DNA of 63,111 bases, the filler included, from Folioceros fuciformis (lineage: Eukaryota), in NCBI GenBank assembly GCA_049999805.1. It is 17 parts of 17 records of this genome, joined end to end, with 100 filler letters (N's around TTAATTAATTAA, not from the genome) between each part and the next. Parts side by side here need not be neighbours in the genome. Positions count along the whole stretch, not along the records: positions 35,775 to 42,895 come from JBNGIO010004816.1; positions 42,996 to 49,970 come from JBNGIO010004817.1; 15 more parts are not named here. The stretch is one strand, 5' to 3'. Position 1 is the first letter of the stretch; the number at the start of each line of letters is the position of its first letter. Both the position numbers and the translations under genes were made by a program. A model generated the notes under the pieces. The model had not been told where the DNA came from. It saw only the letters and a program-made list of their open reading frames with translations, and did no database searches. Below are positions 35,775-49,044 of the stretch, piece after piece.

Positions 35775-37106
35775 CATTAGTAGGGTGCATGATGTCATGG
35801 GCCATTTTGGGGTCAAACGCACCTATAGCCTACTGACCCCGTATTTCTATTGGCATCCGATGCATAAACAATTGAAGGAATAGGTAGCCTACTATGAGCA
35901 ATGTGACCGTGTCAAGGCTTCCTTCACCATGCAGCTCCCAGACGCCCACCCTTTGCCCATTATGGGTTTATTCTTTAGATGGTGATGTGACCTGTTGGGT
36001 GAGCTCCCGCAAACTCCACGAAGCAACCTGTAGGCCATGATCATGATGGAAGATTTCAGCAAGTGGGTGGAGATAGTGGCCCTGCCAGATAAGACCTCTA
36101 CAAGTATCTCATAAGCCTTCCTACAATGCGTGCTCAGTAGGTTTGGCAGCTGCGCAAAGTGTCTCACATATCAGGTTTTTGAGTTTCGAGGAGAATTCCA
36201 ATATCTCATGGATGCAACCCTTATTAACCACAGGATAACTAGCCGAGACCACCCGCATGTTGATGGCTTAGCTAAGTGGATGGTCCAAACTGTCAAGAAG
36301 GGGCTTCGCAACTGTGTCTCAGACAGCCCAAAATAGATTGGGATCTCATGCTTTCATATATTGCAATGGGCTACGGCATGAGCAAACATGCACTTGCCCA
36401 TTTTTCTCCTTACTTCCTCTTGTTTGGCAGAGGACTAGTTCCACCTAGTTCTATAGCCTGACAAATGCTAGAGGTTGTCAAGTTGGATGATGCAGCTACA
36501 TGGGCACGTGTGATAGGAGATAGGGCGGCCTTGTTCAAGCAAGTCTTGCCCATGGCAAGGGCTAACTTGCACATTGCCCAACATAGGGATACCCTCCGTT
36601 ATGCACACACCAAGGGAGGTAGTTTTAGACCCAAGCTCAGGAAGTTCCAAGTAGGAGAATTCGTTTACCTCCAGAGGCAAATCTTAGATACCCTGGACAC
36701 TTCTAGCAATCGGCATGTGTTACGGGTTTGGGAGGTAAAGCGTAATGGCATCTTGGTATTGCAAGGTTCAGATGGTCGAATCACCACCGACCACACCAAG
36801 AACTTCGCACCCTGCCACTTGCCCAATCTTGATCCTACTATTGTCATAGTAGATTGGATTCCACTAGTGGACTACCCATGTTAGTTCTATGAATGCATAG
36901 ATGATGCTAACCTCATGTTACTTTGTGATGACTTCAATGGAGGTTTCCATCTTTTCTACTTACAGCCACCACTTACCAGTGTACCGGAGTAGCTTTGGTA
37001 TTGTCCCAAGTGCCAACCAGATGCAGCAGGTATGACCAGCTCAGGAGTGTAGTTCTTGTTGTGCTCCTCATGCTTTCAACCTGTCCATTGGCTAGGGGAG
37101 GGGGGG
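35775..37106 (+). mobile_element. Ty3/gypsy integrase with C-terminal PHD finger and PPT, decayed
   Basis: HDVMGHFGVKRT (HHCC), FSKWVEIVALP, HPHVDGLA, FSPYFLLFGR, KFQVGEFVY, then LLCD...FH...[31 protein letters not shown] at 37094-37106. Confidence 0.88.
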
Positions 37107-37907
37107 TAGCATGGACAGTCTTTTTGTTTCCTTTTTCTTAGTGCACAAGCCATTAATGCCTTGCAGCTAATGGACTGAACTAAAGCACTTACAACAATTG
37201 ATGCCAAGAGCACAACAGCTGTCATGAAATTGTGGCAAAAATGCACTTTTGGTAGATGATCATAGTAAACATCACAGCTTAGTGGATCACAATGACTTTA
37301 AGCTGATTAGATAATAGGTAGCTAAACTAACTCAGCCTAAACCTGTTGATTAAATAATAAATAATAAGATAAATAATAGGTAGAAAGATTGGATCAACCT
37401 AAATTACATAAATGGCCAAAATACTGGCTAGGGTTGTTTGCCTAGCAAAAGCGCATGGGCTCACATTGCCCGCATAAGGTAGCTCAGTGATGATCACCAA
37501 CATGGGGCCAACAAGGCGAGCATGGAGGATACAATAGCTGTGGATTAGGAAGCCCAAACATGGCGATGGAAGAAACCAGATGTTGAACTTGCTTGTTACA
37601 GGAACTACTAGAAAACCTAAACCCCTTTGTTGTTCACTGGCCTTCTGTGAAAGCAAGAGCTGTTTTCAATGTTTGGTGCAAGATTGTGAATGTGATGGTG
37701 GCATTCCGCAAGTGACTTACCAACTATAGGCAGCCCAACAAAGGGCAGCCCCTTTTTTGCAGTTTTACGACGCAGAGTGGGCTATAGCGCATGTGAGTAG
37801 CCTAGCATCTTGGTAGCATGGACAATCTTTTTATTTCCTTTTTCTTGGTGCACAAGGCATTAGCCTTGCAGTTAATGGACTGAACTGAAGCACTTACAAC
37901 AATTGAT
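37105..37907. repeat. ~100-bp imperfect direct repeats about 707 bp apart
   Basis: GGTAGCATGGACA...GTGCACAAG...ATGGACTGAACT.AAGCACTTACAACAATTGAT occurs at about 37105 and 37811. Confidence 0.8.
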
Positions 37908-37912
37908 ACCGA

Positions 37913-38825
37913 TGAAGGATCGCTAGAGGAACCATAGGGTGAAGGAGGAGAGGAGGAAGTTAGGAGGAGAGGAGAAAGAGAGGTCACACTCTTGCATAGA
38001 GTCTCACATTGCAAGGGAGCTCAAGGGGTATTTATACCCTCCAGAAGAGCTCCCAAGGAAGATTCACAAGAAGCGCACAGGAAGCTGCGCAAGAAGCTTC
38101 CTACAGATTAGCTTAAGCTAATCTAAACTAATGATATTTAATTAGACACTAATCTTTGGCTTAACACATTATTCTAAGCACATTGGGCTTTAATAACCCT
38201 ACAACCTCCCACTTAAAGGCCAATTTACCTTTATAGAAGAGTGGTCTACCTCATGCCCATGAGTGTTCGAGCTTGTGCGAATTGCTCCGTAGAGAGCCCC
38301 TTGCTAAGAATATCTGTAGGGTTCTAACTGGTGTGAACTTTGACAAGCTGTACCCTCTTGTCTTCCAACACCTTTCGAATGAAGTGATACTTCACTTCCA
38401 CATGTTTGGTCTTCGTATGAAACACTGGATTCTTTGCCAATTGGATAGCTTTTTGGCTATCACAACGCAACATTGGCAGCTCAACCTTCATCCCCAAATC
38501 TCCCACTAAACGAGCAAGCCACATGGCTTCCTTGCACGCCTCAATCGCTGCAACATACTCCGCCTCTATGGTAGATACCGTTATGCACGATTACAAACGA
38601 GATCGCCATGAGACTGCCCCTCCAGTGCACATGAAGACACAACCTGATGTGGACCTCATTTTGTCCATATCCCTTGCATAATCAGCATCCGTATATCCCA
38701 CTATAGATGCATCTTGACTACCAAAACATAAGCACAAAGCTTTTGTACCATTTAAGTACCTCATAACTCCTTTCACTGCCTCCCAATGCTTCCTGCCAGG
38801 GTTTGACATAAACCTGCTAACCACT
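37913..38825 (-). mobile_element. Tork-like copia RT/RH end, PPT and 3' LTR (37913-38203); same family as 22975-26094
   Basis: Reverse complement is homologous to about 25190-26090. Confidence 0.92.
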
Positions 38826-39204
38826 TGTGGACTCCACATGCTGAACAGACCCCTGGGAAATGATAGGTTTTCTTTTTTTTTGGATTTGTGGGTGAGTGTT
38901 GTAGAGAAAAGGTTGGAAGGTTAGGTTAGAATAATAGCTAGATTGATGGTGAGTTGATAGGGTAGGTAGATTGTGTGGTAGATAGGACACGGGCTCTGGT
39001 TCCTCGGGGTAAGGTAATGGAGGAATAGGAAACCTGGGACGTCGCGGAAAGCGAGCTGGGGGTCCTCTGGCTGTCGCTGGTGGAAGTTGGGGACAGAGAT
39101 GGAGGTGTCGGGACGCTGCCCTGGTGCGTCGGGTGGATAGGGATCACCAGAGCACAGGTGGCCAAATTAGCAGACCGGCGGGATAGGGCGGTGGCCTAGA
39201 TCTG
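38826..39204 (+). repeat. Repeat family E (TGTGGACTCCACATG...), resembles family A
   Basis: TGTGG junction interrupting RT, with a G-rich interior. Confidence 0.55.
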
Positions 39205-42200
39205 AGTTAGAAATGCTAATGCGGAAGAAGATGCACCGAAGATGATCTATTAGCAAGTGAATAGGTGGATACAAGGGTAGGCCTTAAATAGCGGTAACGA
39301 AGGGGTGTGTCCTTTAACTAGCCTGTCAATTAACTAACTACACTTATAACTAGGTCTAGTTTGACTAACCAACGTGATACAGAACCACGTGGTCTGCCTT
39401 ATATTCTAACTCTCCCTCTCAGACACGTGCTGGTTGCTGTGAACTGAGAGCTCCTATGTACAAACGGAGATCACCGCCGTTGACGCCAAGCTTCAAACAT
39501 CTTCAAATCGGCTGTCACCAAGAGTCGGTCGTCCTCACTCTTGCAGAGTCTGTAGTCTACAGAAACTCTCAAAGTAGAACACCACTCCAGAGACCAGAAG
39601 AGAAGCATGTTATCTGTTCTGAAACATCAACCCAAGTGACGGAATAAAGGTGTAGTGTAAGGTCCTACCATATGAGTGACTTATCTAGTGTCATGTAAGT
39701 ACTACAATCCACCAACCCAAGCCCTTCTCGGTGGTAAGAGTGTTTAAACTTGGGCAAGGACTTGGTAAGTACATCTGCTGTGTTGTCGTCAGTAGGTATA
39801 TACTGAACCTTGACGATACCTCGCTCAGCAGCATCCCTTATATAGTGATGTTGTATCTCTATATGTTTGGTGCGTGCATGAAAGACGGGGTTAGCAACCA
39901 AAGCAATTGCAGACATGTTATCACAATGCAAGATAGTCGGCCCTTCTTGCTTCATACCCAAGTCTTCGCAAAGCTTCCTTTCCCATTCAGCCTCCTTTGT
40001 AGCTTCGGTAAGAGCCTTATACTCTGATTCTGTTGAAGATAAAGAGATGGCTGCTTGTTTTCTACAAGACCAGTTAACTACGGAGGAGCTGGCTAGGAAA
40101 CAAAAGGCTGATATGCTTTTGCGGGTATCAGCGTCTGAAGCCCAATCTGCATCTACATAGCAGGTGAGTTTGTAGACGCTTCTTTCCGCTGGGTTTATAG
40201 CAAAGACCATAATTGGGGGTACCCTTGAGGTACCTCATGATACGCTTGAGGGCTACCCAGTGAACCTTTCCTGGGTTCTCAGAAAACTGAGCAACTGCAT
40301 TTACAGTGTTGGAGATATCAAGCCTTGTTTGATTACTCAAGAACATAAGAGTACCTACGGCCATACGATAAGGGATATTCTCCATCTCTTTCTTGTCTTC
40401 TTCAGACTGTGGACATGAAGCAGAAGAGAGCTTAACACCAAAGGCACCAGGTGTGGTAGACGCCCTTGCATTCTCCATGTTAAAACGTTTGAGCATACCG
40501 GCTACATATCTACCCTGGTGTAGGTAAATAGCGCCTGTGCTATCTCTATGTACATGCATGCCAAGGATATACTTGACCTTTCCTAGGTCCTTCATTTCGA
40601 ATTCCCTGCTGAGGTCAGCCTTAATCTTGTTGACTAAGTCTACGTTGTTCCCTGGAATGACCAGGTCATCAACATAGAGGGCGACTAGAACAAGTGAGCT
40701 ATCCTTGCGCAACACATAGATGTTAGTATCAGCTTTGCTTTGGACAAATCCTATTTTCTTAAGGTAAGAGTCCATCCTCTCATACCACAAGCGTGGGCTC
40801 TGCTTGAGTCCATAGATAGAGCGGTTGAGTTTACACACCTTATGTGGGCACGCCTTGTCTTCGTAGCCCTCAGGTTGATCCATGTAAATCTCTTCCTGTA
40901 GATGACCATAGAGAAAGGCCGTGCACACATCTAGCTGATAAATTTCTAAGTTTAGTTCAGCACATAATGCAAGGAGCATCCTCACGGATGCAGCTTTAAC
41001 TACGGGTGAGTAAACCTTATCACCCTGATAATCAACTCCCTCTTTTTGACTATACCCCTTAGCCACTAATCTCGCTTTGTAGCGGATTCTAGGCTCAACT
41101 TCCTGGAACTTTGTCTTAAGAACCCATTTGCATTTGACGGTCGATCTACCCTTGGGCAAGCTAACAAGAGACCAGGTATTGTTTTTGATTAATGAGTTAT
41201 ACTCATCATCGACGGCCAGCTTCCATTTAGCTGCCTCAGGTCTTGAGTAAGCCTCCTGTAAGGTTAAAGGATCTCCCTCTGCAGTAGCAACACTTAAGGC
41301 ATAGGGGAAATCCATAGAATCACCATAGGTTAGATGAGCTTGATTAAACTCAATGTCAAATGGTAGGTCCTTCCAAAGATGTCTAGGCTGACGCACACGA
41401 GTAGGATATCTACGCTCGGGAGCAGCTGGTGGCCTAGGAGGGGATGAAGGAGTGGCGGGTGCTGGAATAACATCATGGGGCACCACGTGATCATAATGAA
41501 CATGTTCAACATCACCTTGTTCCATAGGAAGGTCCTCCACTACAGCGTCGAGGTATATCTCCATGTCCCCCTCTCGAGCAGGAACGAATGGCGCAGGAGC
41601 AGGCTGCATGTAAGGAACATGACCAGCAGCTGGCGGCAGTGGTCCTGCTAGAGGGATAGGAGCCACAGGAGGAGTAGGAGGAACACCATCAACGGTAAAG
41701 GAAAAGGGTTGAACATGGTGGTCAAGAGTGAGGTCACCAAGGGAGCATGGAGTGCTGGAGCCAGAGGAAGCACCATCGGGGATGCCAGGAGCAATCTCCA
41801 GGGATGTCCGGAGGGCAGGCACTATCTTGGCTTCATCAAAGGTGACTGTGCGTGCATAGATTAGATTCCGAGTGGCCATGTCCACGAGCTTGTAGGCTTT
41901 GCGATCATCACCATAGCCGACAAAAACTAGCTTTCGAGCACGAGCATCAAGCTTGTCACGGTGCGGTGAAGGGACAAAGGCATAGGCAGGGCAACCAAAA
42001 ACACGAAGATGTGAGAGTAGAGGCTTGCTCCCGTGCTAGCACTCGTAGGGTGTACGGCCTGAAACCGCCTTAGTAAGGACCCTATTCTTAATGTATGCCG
42101 CCGTAGACACAGCCTCAGCCCAATAGGACTTGGGCAGCTGAGACTGAGTCAGCATGGCACGAGCCATGGACATCAAATCGCCGTTAGCCTTCTCGGCCAT

Positions 42201-42895
42201 GCCATTCTGCTTGGAGGTGTAAGGTACAGTGAACTGGCGCAAGACACCACGCTCCTCGCAGAAGGCACGAAACTGAGGGTTGTTGAGCTCTCCCGCATTG
42301 TCGGATCGAATACATCGAAGTTTACGACCAGTCTGTAACTCGGCCATAGCAACAAAGGGTGAGAACACATTAAAAGAGTCACTCTTAAGGCGGATGGGAA
42401 ACGCAAACGTATATCGACTGAAGTCATCAACGACAGTCATAAAGTGGTTAGCCCCGCCTAAAGACGCAACAGGGAGAGGACCACAAAGGTCTACGTGGAC
42501 CAAGTCAAGAGGCACAGTGGTCCGACTAGCAGGAAGAGAAGGATAAGGAGAACTTCGCTGGTTAGCAAGCACACAAGCCTCGCAAAGAGGAGGTGTTGAC
42601 GAAATTCAGGGAAGCTTATCGCGATACAAGTCCTGCTGAGTCGTGGCCAGGAGCCGGGCTGGATTAAGATGTCCAAGCCGACAATGCCAAAGGAGAGCGT
42701 CACCTGGGTGGGATCTCCTTGAAGGCTGGTCTCCATGTGAGGGAACCGCCAGGGAGGTAGCTGCCGGAAGCACAGGCTGACCTGTGAAGACATACAAGTC
42801 ATGACGCGGACGTCCTCTAGCAACAACCACACGAGGGTTAGAAGACCAATATAGAAGACAATCGCCTGAACCAAACTCTAGGCGAAAGGAGCCGT
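39205..42895 (-). mobile_element. Ty1/copia INT-RT-RH with PPT and a ~207-bp 3' LTR (39205-39411)
   Basis: LWHCRLGH, VHVDLCGP, YKARLVAKGY, YVDDLVI, DADWASD; PPT GAGAGGGAG. Confidence 0.95.
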
Positions 42896-42995
42896 NNNNN
42901 NNNNNNNNNNNNNNNNNNNNNNNNNNNNNNNNNNNNNNNTTAATTAATTAANNNNNNNNNNNNNNNNNNNNNNNNNNNNNNNNNNNNNNNNNNNN

Positions 42996-45900
42996 AGCCC
43001 TGCAATCCGTCGCCTTGGAAACCCCTTAGGGATGTCAAGGTACCCCAACCACCCAACCAGCCTGCAAGAAAGGTCAGTCCCTGTGGATTTGGCCACCCAA
43101 ATCTCAGCAATTTTGGGAGCCGCCACGTTCCCCTAGTGGCATGGGGAATCAAGGCCGAGGTGCATCTGCACACTGGATTAATCCCTCTAACCCAACAACC
43201 TGCACACAAGGTCAAGGGCACTCTTCACCAAAAAAAGCCTCCCCCTCAATGACAGGCCTGGCCTCTTATACTCCTTGGCCAGGAACCCCTTGTCACTACC
43301 TAACCCGGTCAGTATGCCTCAGACAGAACTCTCCACTCGTCAAAACCCTAAACCTAACTCCAACCTAATCCTAACCCTAACTCTCACCCAACCTTAATAT
43401 GACCTAATCCTAACCCCGACCTAAGAGGGGTTGTGCCCCCTTTGACACCACTAGTTGACCCTATCAAAAATAACCAGCCTCTCAAAACTACCAAAATTCG
43501 TGAGTGCCTCTCAACACTCCCCTCTCCCTCAGATCATCCTACAACCCTTCAGAACCTCCACCTTCTTCCAGTCCTCTAGTCCCCATCCTATTGGCCAAGG
43601 AGGCTCCATGGTCCAGCCTAGCTATCCATCTGATGCCCTTGGGAGGTGATCTTGTAACCATGGCACCTGAAAACATGGCACCTGAAAGTGACATCCCACC
43701 ATCTCCTGCCAACATAATTATCACTAGGCTTCCCACCCGCAAGCAACACGTCTATATTGGGCTTTCCGCCTGCGAGCAACCAGATGTGCTGCTTGTGGAC
43801 GAAAAGCCAACTGCTAATTATGCCCTCTGGTTGTCCTCATGAGAGGTGCATCGCTCCTGGCTCCAATTCATTTGAAGGGGTTGCAACGCAGGGTTCACGA
43901 GTGCATTCGGAGCTGCCCCCAGGTTGACTGTTCCAAAGCTTCACAACAACATTGATCCTTCTCACAACCCTTCCCCCAACTACCCTGCTTCGCTCATCCC
44001 ATTGAGAAACACCCTCCTACTAGCCGCTTGGATCCAACCCATGTCTATCATCGGTTGTTTGGAGCCCAGAGCTGGTCCGCCACAATCCAACCACCAATCC
44101 TGAGGGGGTGCCCATTCCAGCCATCCTCCTCCCTACTGCGACCCGGCTTCTGTTCCACCGTGATCCAGCCCATGCTTCCGCCAGAGTCACAAGAGACGAG
44201 TCCTGCCCCAGATAGGTCTGCCAGCCATGCCCTAGCCAGCACTTGGATCTGCCAATCTCGATCCAACCTGCTCACTCGCTAGCTACGACCTAGCTCGCCT
44301 GGTTAGCTAGTCTGGATCCCACCACCTGCTCGGCTGCGCGGCATGGATCCTGATTGGACCGGCCACTGCCCACCTTGGCGATCCGGCCTCCTCCTACCCA
44401 CACCTTGCCTGATCCACTCCGGCCTGCCACCATCCGGTCGCTACCCACCTGGCCTCGCTCCGACTGCCGCTAGGCCGCCTGCCGGCCTCCCTATGCGGCC
44501 CCGGCGGCTTGCCTCCAGCCTTCCGGATCTTTCAGCCAAACCGGCTAGCCTAGCAGCCAGGCCGCTTGCCCAAAGGCCACTTGCGCCCCGCCTGCTAGAT
44601 GCCTGGCCAGATCCGGCCAACCAACCTTCCCGGTCAAGCCTGCCGAATGCAATCCAGGCCACACTTAGATTCGCTGCCAACCAGCCACCCTGCCTACCTT
44701 CCGAATCTGGCCAGCTAGCCAGCCGATCGGAGTCGACTGGCAAGCCTGCCTTGCTTGGTTGCCAAGCCACGGCCCAGCCCGCCTGTTGTGGGTCTGCTGC
44801 TGCAGCTAGCCAGCGTTGCCTGGTGATCCGGCAAGGCACCGTCCTTGCTCCGCCCCAGATTCACCTCCAGCTTCTTAGCTTGGATCTGGCCAACCTGCCT
44901 GCGTGCCTGACTCCTTGCAAGATTCCGGCTAGTTAGCCTACTTCCGAATCCGGCCCCAACTGTCTGGAGCCCCACCTCCCGTGCGACTAGCCTTCAGCAC
45001 TAGCCAGACCACCCGCATAGAGGCCACACACCGGCCTCCTGCCTTGATCCAGACTTGCACGCCAGCCAACAACCCTGTCCACCCGGCACTGCAATCGCCC
45101 CGGCTTGCCCGGCCTGACTGCCTGGCTCAAGTCCCCCTCGGCCAGCTTTTGCAAGCTAGGCGGCCTACCTGCTAGCAGCCCGACTTGGACAGCCGCCATG
45201 CCTGATCCGCTCCGGCTTGCCTCTGCCGGAGCGCCTGCCACCAAATGGGGCCTCCCCTGCTAGCCAGCTCCCCGCCTAGCCCCCCGGATTGGCCAGCTAG
45301 CACAGGCGGATCCAGCGCCGCCCCTAGCTGATCCGCTCCTGCCTGCTAGATCCAACCCAGCCCCACCTGACCGGCTTTGGTCCGCCCGCCGAACGCCTGT
45401 GCCTGCCCGAAGCTGCCATCGCCAGCCAGCCTACCTGATCTCCAGCAGCTGGGCCTGGCCTGGATTAGGCCTCCCCGGATCCACCAGCAACCAGCCTGCT
45501 TGGCCTGGCCGTGCCAGGTTGGACTAGCCACAGCCAGCCTGGCTCCAGAGTCGGCCAGCCAGCCAGCCCCACTGCCGCCGCTGGCTGCCTGCCATCTTGG
45601 TCCATCCCGTTGCCAGCGGGTTGGGCGACTGCCTGGCTACAACAGCCAGCCAGGCCGTTGCCTGGATTCCACCCAGCCAGCCCCTTAATCTGCCTCGGAC
45701 TCGCCCGTCGGCTAGTCGGGCCGTCATGGCTAGTCCACCTGCAATCGGTCCGCCAGCCTATTGCCGCTGCTTTCCCATAGGCCACAAGCTGGCTCCTGCC
45801 TGCTGCCGGCGAGACCCCTTAGCCGGCCATCACCCGCCATCCGCCGGCATACTGGTTGCCTGCCTGCCAACCAGGATCCGACCAAGCCTGGCCCTGCTCC

Positions 45901-46291
45901 TGGCCTATCCAGCTGCCTGCTCTCAGGATCCTCAGCCCCCCGACGCACTTGGGCTAGGCCATGGCAAGTCTAAGCACGGCACCCACACGCCTATGCCCAA
46001 CCCCTTTCGCACGCTCTTGAGGCCACAACTTGCCCTTGAGGCTCCACACATGCCGACATCCCTCTCCACGGGCACACCCTACCCCCTACTTCACATTTTC
46101 CACGGCCATGGGTTAGCTAGACGATTGTTGACTTTCTAAACTGCACCACCACTATCTCCTGATCATCCTATTTAATCTAGCCTTATCTAACACAGTTTCC
46201 TAATTACCTCTCCAAGGAATTCTATCAAAACTCCAAAAAAAACAAGTACCACCCATTTTCTAAGAGGCCTATCTACCATGGGGTCTCCACA
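42996..46291 (-). repeat. Repeat family A, more than 3 kb of GC-rich low-complexity sequence ending ...CTCCACA
   Basis: The right end is the reverse complement of 4911 onward. The interior is rich in GCCAGC/CTAGC motifs with no recognisable protein. Confidence 0.65.
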
Positions 46292-49044
46292 GACCCCTAA
46301 CGGCCAACTGTCCACCGCTACCGCGTTCATAAGACATGGTCTGTACATTTTCTTTCCTAAGCAAGCATCTCTCTTGCAATCTCTCACAGGCAAACTCAGC
46401 CTCAGCTCATTCTCACTTTGCCAAACCCTCACTTACTTACCTGTGGCATTTGCGTCTTGGCCACATGAATTTTTAAAAACTCGTGAAGATGTATAAGGAG
46501 CATCTAGTTGATGGCGTCACTCTGGATAACTTGGATGACTTTGGCGCCTCTGAGGCATGTATTCTTGGCAAGCATAAATGAGCCCCGTTCCCTACAGAAG
46601 CAGCCACAAGAGCTATTGAAGTGTTAGGACTTGTGCATAGCGATATTTGTGGCCCCTTACCTAAATCTATTGGTGGTAAGGAGTATTTTCTGACCTTTAT
46701 AGATGACTTCACGCATTTTTGTGTAGTCTACCTCCTGAAGTGCAAGTCTAACACCTTTGGCTGCTTCCTGGAGTTCAAGGCATGGGCTGAGCGGCAGACA
46801 GGCCATGCATTGAAGCAACTCCGTACTGACAATGGCGGAGAGTATTTATCTAGTGAGTTTGTCTCCTTCTGCAAAACTCATGGCATTGGTCGTCAGCTTA
46901 CCAATGCACGTACTCCTCAGCAAAACGGCGTTTCAGAAAACAAGAATAAGGTATGGGAGACATCTGGTTCCAGTATGCTACAGTATGCCGGGCTGCCCAA
47001 GTGCTACTGGGTTGAAGCGATCGCATATGCTACTTATATCTAGAAATTGAATACCTCATCGATCTATAAAAGGGAAGACCCCTTATGAGCTGTGGACTGG
47101 GAGGAAGCCTAATCTGTCTCATCTTCGAGTCTTTGGCTCCACGGTGTATGCACAGGTGCACAAGGACCTGCTCAAGAAGAGTTGACTCCACTTAGCAAGT
47201 GGGAGCTCCGGTTTCTGAAACCTCTAGTTCTGATGAGTTCTCTGAAGAAGAATGTGAGGATTTCCTAGTTGGCGCACTGCTGGTTCTGTTTCCTGCCGCT
47301 CCTGTTGTTGTCCCATCTCCTCAAGTCAATACTCCCTTGTGCACACCTGGATGAGCTGCTAGCAATAGAGGCCTCCTCAACACTCCTTCTCACAATGTTT
47401 CATCTAATCTGGACGACGTTTTAGCATATGCTGCAACCTTTATACCTATACCGTCCAGGAGCCGAGCTCCACACATAGATTTACCCATGAGGCAGTCTAC
47501 TCGGACTAGAAGGCCACCTCACACATATTCTCCCGAAGACATCCGGTGCCCTAAATCACATCTTACCTACTGCCTTGCAGCGTATTCCTAACTTTATGAG
47601 CCACAATCATATGAGGAAGTTGTTCATTGTCTAGATGCTGCTCTTTGGCAAGTTGCCATCGATTCGGAGCTTGCCTCTTTAGCTGAAAATGATACCTGGA
47701 CAATTACCAGCTTGCTTGGAGGAAGGAAGCCTGCGGGCAGCAAGTGGGTGTTTAAAATCAAGCTTAAGGCAGATGGTAGTGTAGCCAGGTATAAAGGCCG
47801 TGTGGTGGCAAAAGGATACTCACAGATTCCAGGTGTCGATTATGACGACACTTTTAGCCCTGTTGTGAAGCTTACCACGTTGTGCCTGTTTGTGGCCCTG
47901 GCAATTGTGCATGACTTTGAACTTGAAAAGCTTGACATAAAAACAGCATTTCTGTATGGCCAATTGCATGAAGACATCTATATGGAAGTGCCTGAAGGAG
48001 TGGCCATACCCCCAGGCATATCTCGGCCAGTCTGTCATCGAAAGAAGACTCTGTACGGCCTGAAACAGAGTCCAAGGGCCTGGTATGCTCGGATTGATGC
48101 TTATTTGAAAGCACTCGCATACGTTAGCATCCATGCTGAAAGCAATGTCTACATTAAGCGGGAAGGCACGAATTTTATTGCTGCTGCTATATATGTTGAT
48201 GACATAATTGTCATGAGTAACTGTTTAAGGATGATCCATACCTTGAAAGGTCAGCTGAGCAATGAATTTCAGATGGCATATGTTGGAGCTCTGCAGTACT
48301 GTCTTGGAATGCAACTGGTCCGGGATAGGAAGGCAGGAACAATATTCTTGCACCAAGCCAAGTATGCACGTCAAATATTAGAAAGACATGATATGCAACA
48401 CAGCAAACCAGTTGCCACTCCCGTTGAGCAAAATTCTAAGTATACAGCTCAAGTTGGAGACTTGCCTGAACAAGAATATGAAGCAGTTGCTTATTATCCA
48501 TCAAGGAATGGCACTCTCATGCATCTGGCTATTGGAACACGTCCAGACCTCAACTTTGGCTCTGGGCTTGCATCCAAGTTCGTATTAAATCCTAACTCGT
48601 CACACAACGATCTCATGAAGAGAGTGTATCGCTACATTGGAGCCACACAGGATTGGGGATTGCTGTATAGTGCAAAAGCCAACAAAGCACTCACTTTGGT
48701 GGCGTATAGTGACACAGACTGGGCTGGTGACTCGAACAGCAGGAAGAGTTTGTCCTGCTATGTCGTTATGCTAGCTGGAGCAGCCATAGGCTGGAGGAGC
48801 AAATTGCAAACCACCATAGCATTGTCCAACACCGAAGCAGAATTTAAGAGCTTAACTGAAGCGTGCAAAGAGATAGCTTAGATAGTGGGAGCCTTAGGGG
48901 AGCTCGGATTCCCTCAACAGCTGCCTGTTACCTTGTACTGTGACAACCAGAGTGCGATTGCACTCACGATGAACCCAAGGTTCCATGCTAGACCAAGCAC
49001 ATAGAGGTTCAGCACCACTATGTGCGCAAAGTTTCAGCACAAGG
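46292..49044 (+). mobile_element. Ty1/copia INT-RT-RH, decayed
   Basis: [40 protein letters not shown]. Confidence 0.95.

Noticed and set aside
37904-37912. PBS-like sequence after a 3' LTR suggesting tandem elements
   Set aside because: Similar bases are present in the other copy of the host direct repeat (about 37196-37206).
39456-39647. Antisense ORF in the copia 39205-42895 spacer
   Set aside because: Only 63 aa with no motif or homologue, so it is within chance.
44028-46139. Many overlapping Pro/Ala-rich ORFs
   Set aside because: Expected from GC-rich low-complexity repeat DNA; no domain motifs.
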